A stretch of DNA of 53,940 nt from a virus (lineage: Duplodnaviria > Caudoviricetes): IMG/VR virus record IMGVR_UViG_3300049165_000108, positions 1-53,940 of that record. One strand, 5' to 3'. Below, one piece after another: positions 52,897 through 53,940 of the stretch. How positions within the stretch are numbered: position 1 is the stretch's first letter; each line of letters starts with the position of its first letter. The translations under genes and the position numbers were made by a program. The notes under the pieces were generated by a model. That model had not been told where the DNA came from. It searched no databases and saw only the letters and a list, made by a program, of their open reading frames with translations.

Positions 52897-53297
52897 AGTG
52901 GCCCTTCGTCTCCCGCCGGTCGTACGAGAGCCTGTACAGCCGCTACCAACTGGCCCTCGATGCGACGGCAAAGGCCCGCGCCGAACGCGACTCCTTCCGC
53001 ACCGCCGCGCAGACCAGCGCCCGCCAATTCGTCGAGGCTGACGCCGCGAACACACGACTCGCCGGCCGGAACCGACAGCTCAGCGAACGGCTGGCCCAGC
53101 GCACCGAGTCGACTCCCGCAGACGTCGCCCAGCTCCGACGCCGCGTGGACCGCCTCCGCCGGATCGTCTCCCGGCTCCTCGACGAACGCCGCCAGGAAAG
53201 CCGACGCGCCGACCACCTTCAGCAGCGCCTCGACGACGCGATGGGCCTCAACACCGCACCGGTGCTGGCCGGCCGCCGGACGGGGGTGCGGTCGTGA
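52893..53297 (+). CDS. Coiled-coil hypothetical protein
   Basis: Coupled; heptads. Confidence 0.65.
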   Translation: MKWPFVSRRSYESLYSRYQLALDATAKARAERDSFRTAAQTSARQFVEADAANTRLAGRNRQLSERLAQRTESTPADVAQLRRRVDRLRRIVSRLLDERRQESRRADHLQQRLDDAMGLNTAPVLAGRRTGVRS

Positions 53298-53575
53298 GCC
53301 AGTTCGCTGCCGCCCTCGCCGGGGCCGTCACCGCGGTTGGAGTCGGCTCCGTCGTGCTGGCCCGCTGCTGGCCGGGCCCGACCGGCCGGCACCGGGCGCC
53401 CCGCCGCGCCGCCGAGACCGAGCTGCTCCGCCCGGTCGACGCCTTGGACCGGTTCGAGGCGTACTGCCCGACCGAGGACCGGCCGACGTTGCAGATCCGG
53501 CTCCGGCTGGGCGGCGCCATGTGCGCCGAGTGCCGCAACCCCACCACCGCCATCACCACCAGCAAGGGGGCCTGA
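53294..53575 (+). CDS. Hypothetical protein with TM and Cys motif
   Basis: N-terminal hydrophobic segment; GRHR; CAEC. Confidence 0.6.
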   Translation: MSQFAAALAGAVTAVGVGSVVLARCWPGPTGRHRAPRRAAETELLRPVDALDRFEAYCPTEDRPTLQIRLRLGGAMCAECRNPTTAITTSKGA

Positions 53576-53578
53576 GGC

Positions 53579-53940
53579 ATGGGCTACATCACCCACGTCC
53601 GGGGAGAGTTCGCCATCGAACCGCCGCTCACCTGGAACGAGATCAAGACCAGCCCGTTCCAGCCGAAAGCAACGGGCCCCGGCAGGTACGGAGCCCCCGA
53701 CATCGACCTCGTCCTTCGTATCGACGAAACGACAGTTGACACTGACGACGGCGAAATGGTCCGCCGTACCGCCTCCGCGCTGGTCATGCCGTACATCGAC
53801 GAGTACCGCGCCCGTGGCCTCGTCGGGCAGGTACGGCGTTGCATCGACCTCTTCCCCGGCCACACGTTCACCGGCCGCCTGGACTGCGAGGGCGAGGAGA
53901 ACACCGACCTGTGGCGCGTCGTCATCCGCGACGGTCGCGC
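53579..53940 (+). CDS. Hypothetical protein (DUF6205-like), 3'-truncated, not in ORF track
   Basis: MGYITHVRGEFAIEPPLTW...FTGRLDCEGEENTDLWRVVIRDGR, open to window end. Confidence 0.65.
   Translation, partial: MGYITHVRGEFAIEPPLTWNEIKTSPFQPKATGPGRYGAPDIDLVLRIDETTVDTDDGEMVRRTASALVMPYIDEYRARGLVGQVRRCIDLFPGHTFTGRLDCEGEENTDLWRVVIRDGR

Larger units (their letters stand above)
1..53940. mobile_element. Temperate actinophage (probable Streptomyces siphovirus), non-integrated configuration
   Basis: Terminase, portal, capsid, tape measure, endolysin, integrase, repressor and recombination genes in phage order; no host housekeeping genes. Confidence 0.93.

Overview
High-GC (about 70%) temperate siphovirus-like phage, most likely infecting Streptomyces (inferred from GC content, WhiB, XRE-DUF5753 cargo and gene types). 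No host genes are evident and the integrase has phage genes on both sides, so this looks like the excised or virion form with an intact attP. Gene order: membrane/accessory genes (1-5.2 kb); small terminase; sugar-modification cassette; large terminase; portal; 2H-phosphoesterase/MuF/protease polyprotein; capsid; head-tail and tail genes; lysis; a second glycosyltransferase; WhiB; accessory regulators; attP and tyrosine integrase; repressor/Cro switch; early recombination genes (YqaJ, ERF, DnaQ-like, two HNH). Main points of interest: (i) three coupled membrane genes ending in a membrane-anchored protein with a TraB-like DNA-binding tail, followed by phased TCTACCG repeats (possible intramycelial DNA-spread or tethering system); (ii) a recurring CCGGAATGATC plus -10 late promoter, often leaderless, with one copy inside the 988-aa head ORF; (iii) a head polyprotein with an Acb1-like 2H domain bounded by repeated putative cleavage motifs; (iv) a four-glycosyltransferase modification set; (v) a tail gene split by a nested NlpC/P60 insertion; (vi) an attP that seems to supply a replacement 3' end for a host gene; (vii) short AT-rich or synonymously recoded patches. 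All product calls come from motif recognition and synteny; no database search was run.
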